Origin: Fibrobacteria bacterium
GTDB lineage: Bacteria > Fibrobacterota > Fibrobacteria > UBA11236
DNA: 15,508 bases
Direction of reading: 5' to 3'
NCBI GenBank assembly: GCA_041746255.1
Contig: JBGTHM010000004.1
Span: 1 to 15,508, forward strand
The notes beneath the pieces are model-generated. The model saw nothing but the letters and a program-made list of their open reading frames with translations. It was not told the DNA's origin and did no database searches. The position numbers were made by a program, and so were the translations under genes. Positions 15,075-15,508 of the stretch are shown in pieces; position 1 is the stretch's first letter, and each line of letters begins with the position of its first letter.

Positions 15075-15508
15075 TGACCCGCCCCCCGAAACTAGATCAA
15101 ACTCTGTGATAGTTTCGACCCTTCTAAATTCGCGAATTCCCATGGGGTAAGGGTTCCGTGAGCTCCATGGGGTCTGTTACAATTATAATCATTACGCCAC
15201 TCCTCCAGGATAATTCTGGCTTCGTCCAAGGTGGCGAAAATATGGGTATTCAAGCATTCATCCCTGAGTCTGCCATTGAAGGATTCCGAAAATCCATTTT
15301 CCACCGGCTTGCCGGGACGAATGAATGCTAGTTCCACCCTTCGCCTAAATGCCCAGATATCCATTTCCTTCGAATAGAATTCGGTGCCATTATCAACTGT
15401 AATGGATTTAGGGAGCCGGCGCTCAAAGGAAATGCGCTCTAGAAAATCTGCTACCCTTTTTCCCGTCAAGCTATAATCAGCAAGGAGTCCGGGACACTCC
15501 CGCGTATA
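15075..15508 (-). mobile_element. Right end of a second IS3-family element (IS407 group), extending beyond the window
   Basis: Terminal sequence TGACCCGCCCCCCGAAACTAGATCA starts at 15075 and overlaps the transposase stop. It differs from the IRs of the 12801-14048 element. Confidence 0.82.
15092..15508 (-). CDS. IS3-family (IS407 group) transposase OrfB, C-terminal part (5'-partial at window edge)
   Basis: Open to the edge: [19 protein letters not shown]...ITVDNGTEF...[25 protein letters not shown]...[11 protein letters not shown]. Confidence 0.92.
   Translation of the reverse strand, partial: YTRECPGLLADYSLTGKRVADFLERISFERRLPKSITVDNGTEFYSKEMDIWAFRRRVELAFIRPGKPVENGFSESFNGRLRDECLNTHIFATLDEARIILEEWRNDYNCNRPHGAHGTLTPWEFANLEGSKLSQSLI

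Overview
Bacterial accessory region bracketed by insertion sequences. The left edge is the terminus of an IS21-family element (four 20-bp repeats on a 23-bp grid, ending ...TTTTGCA at 138) inserted into a chromate transporter gene, leaving the C-terminal half of chrA. Next come a CYP152 fatty-acid peroxygenase, a vapBC toxin-antitoxin pair, a beta-CASP metallo-beta-lactamase ribonuclease divergent from an HPF/RaiA-cold-shock-domain fusion, and a PAS-GAF-PAS-PAS hybrid histidine kinase. An arsenic cluster follows (arsM, arsR, acr3, arsC) with two near-identical palindromic promoter/operators. It extends by an ATGA overlap into an unexpected exported monoheme cytochrome c-like gene and is followed by a GluR0-like ligand-gated K+ channel (TVGYGD). 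A complete IS3-family element without target duplication (12801-14048) separates this block from an AT-richer segment, which holds a gene whose 5' part was cut off by a second IS3-family (IS407-like) element running off the window. The best candidates for novelty are the ars-coupled cytochrome c, the dual-operator ars architecture, repeated leaderless-type promoters and the adjacent GluR0-like channel. All family calls come from motif recognition, not database searches.
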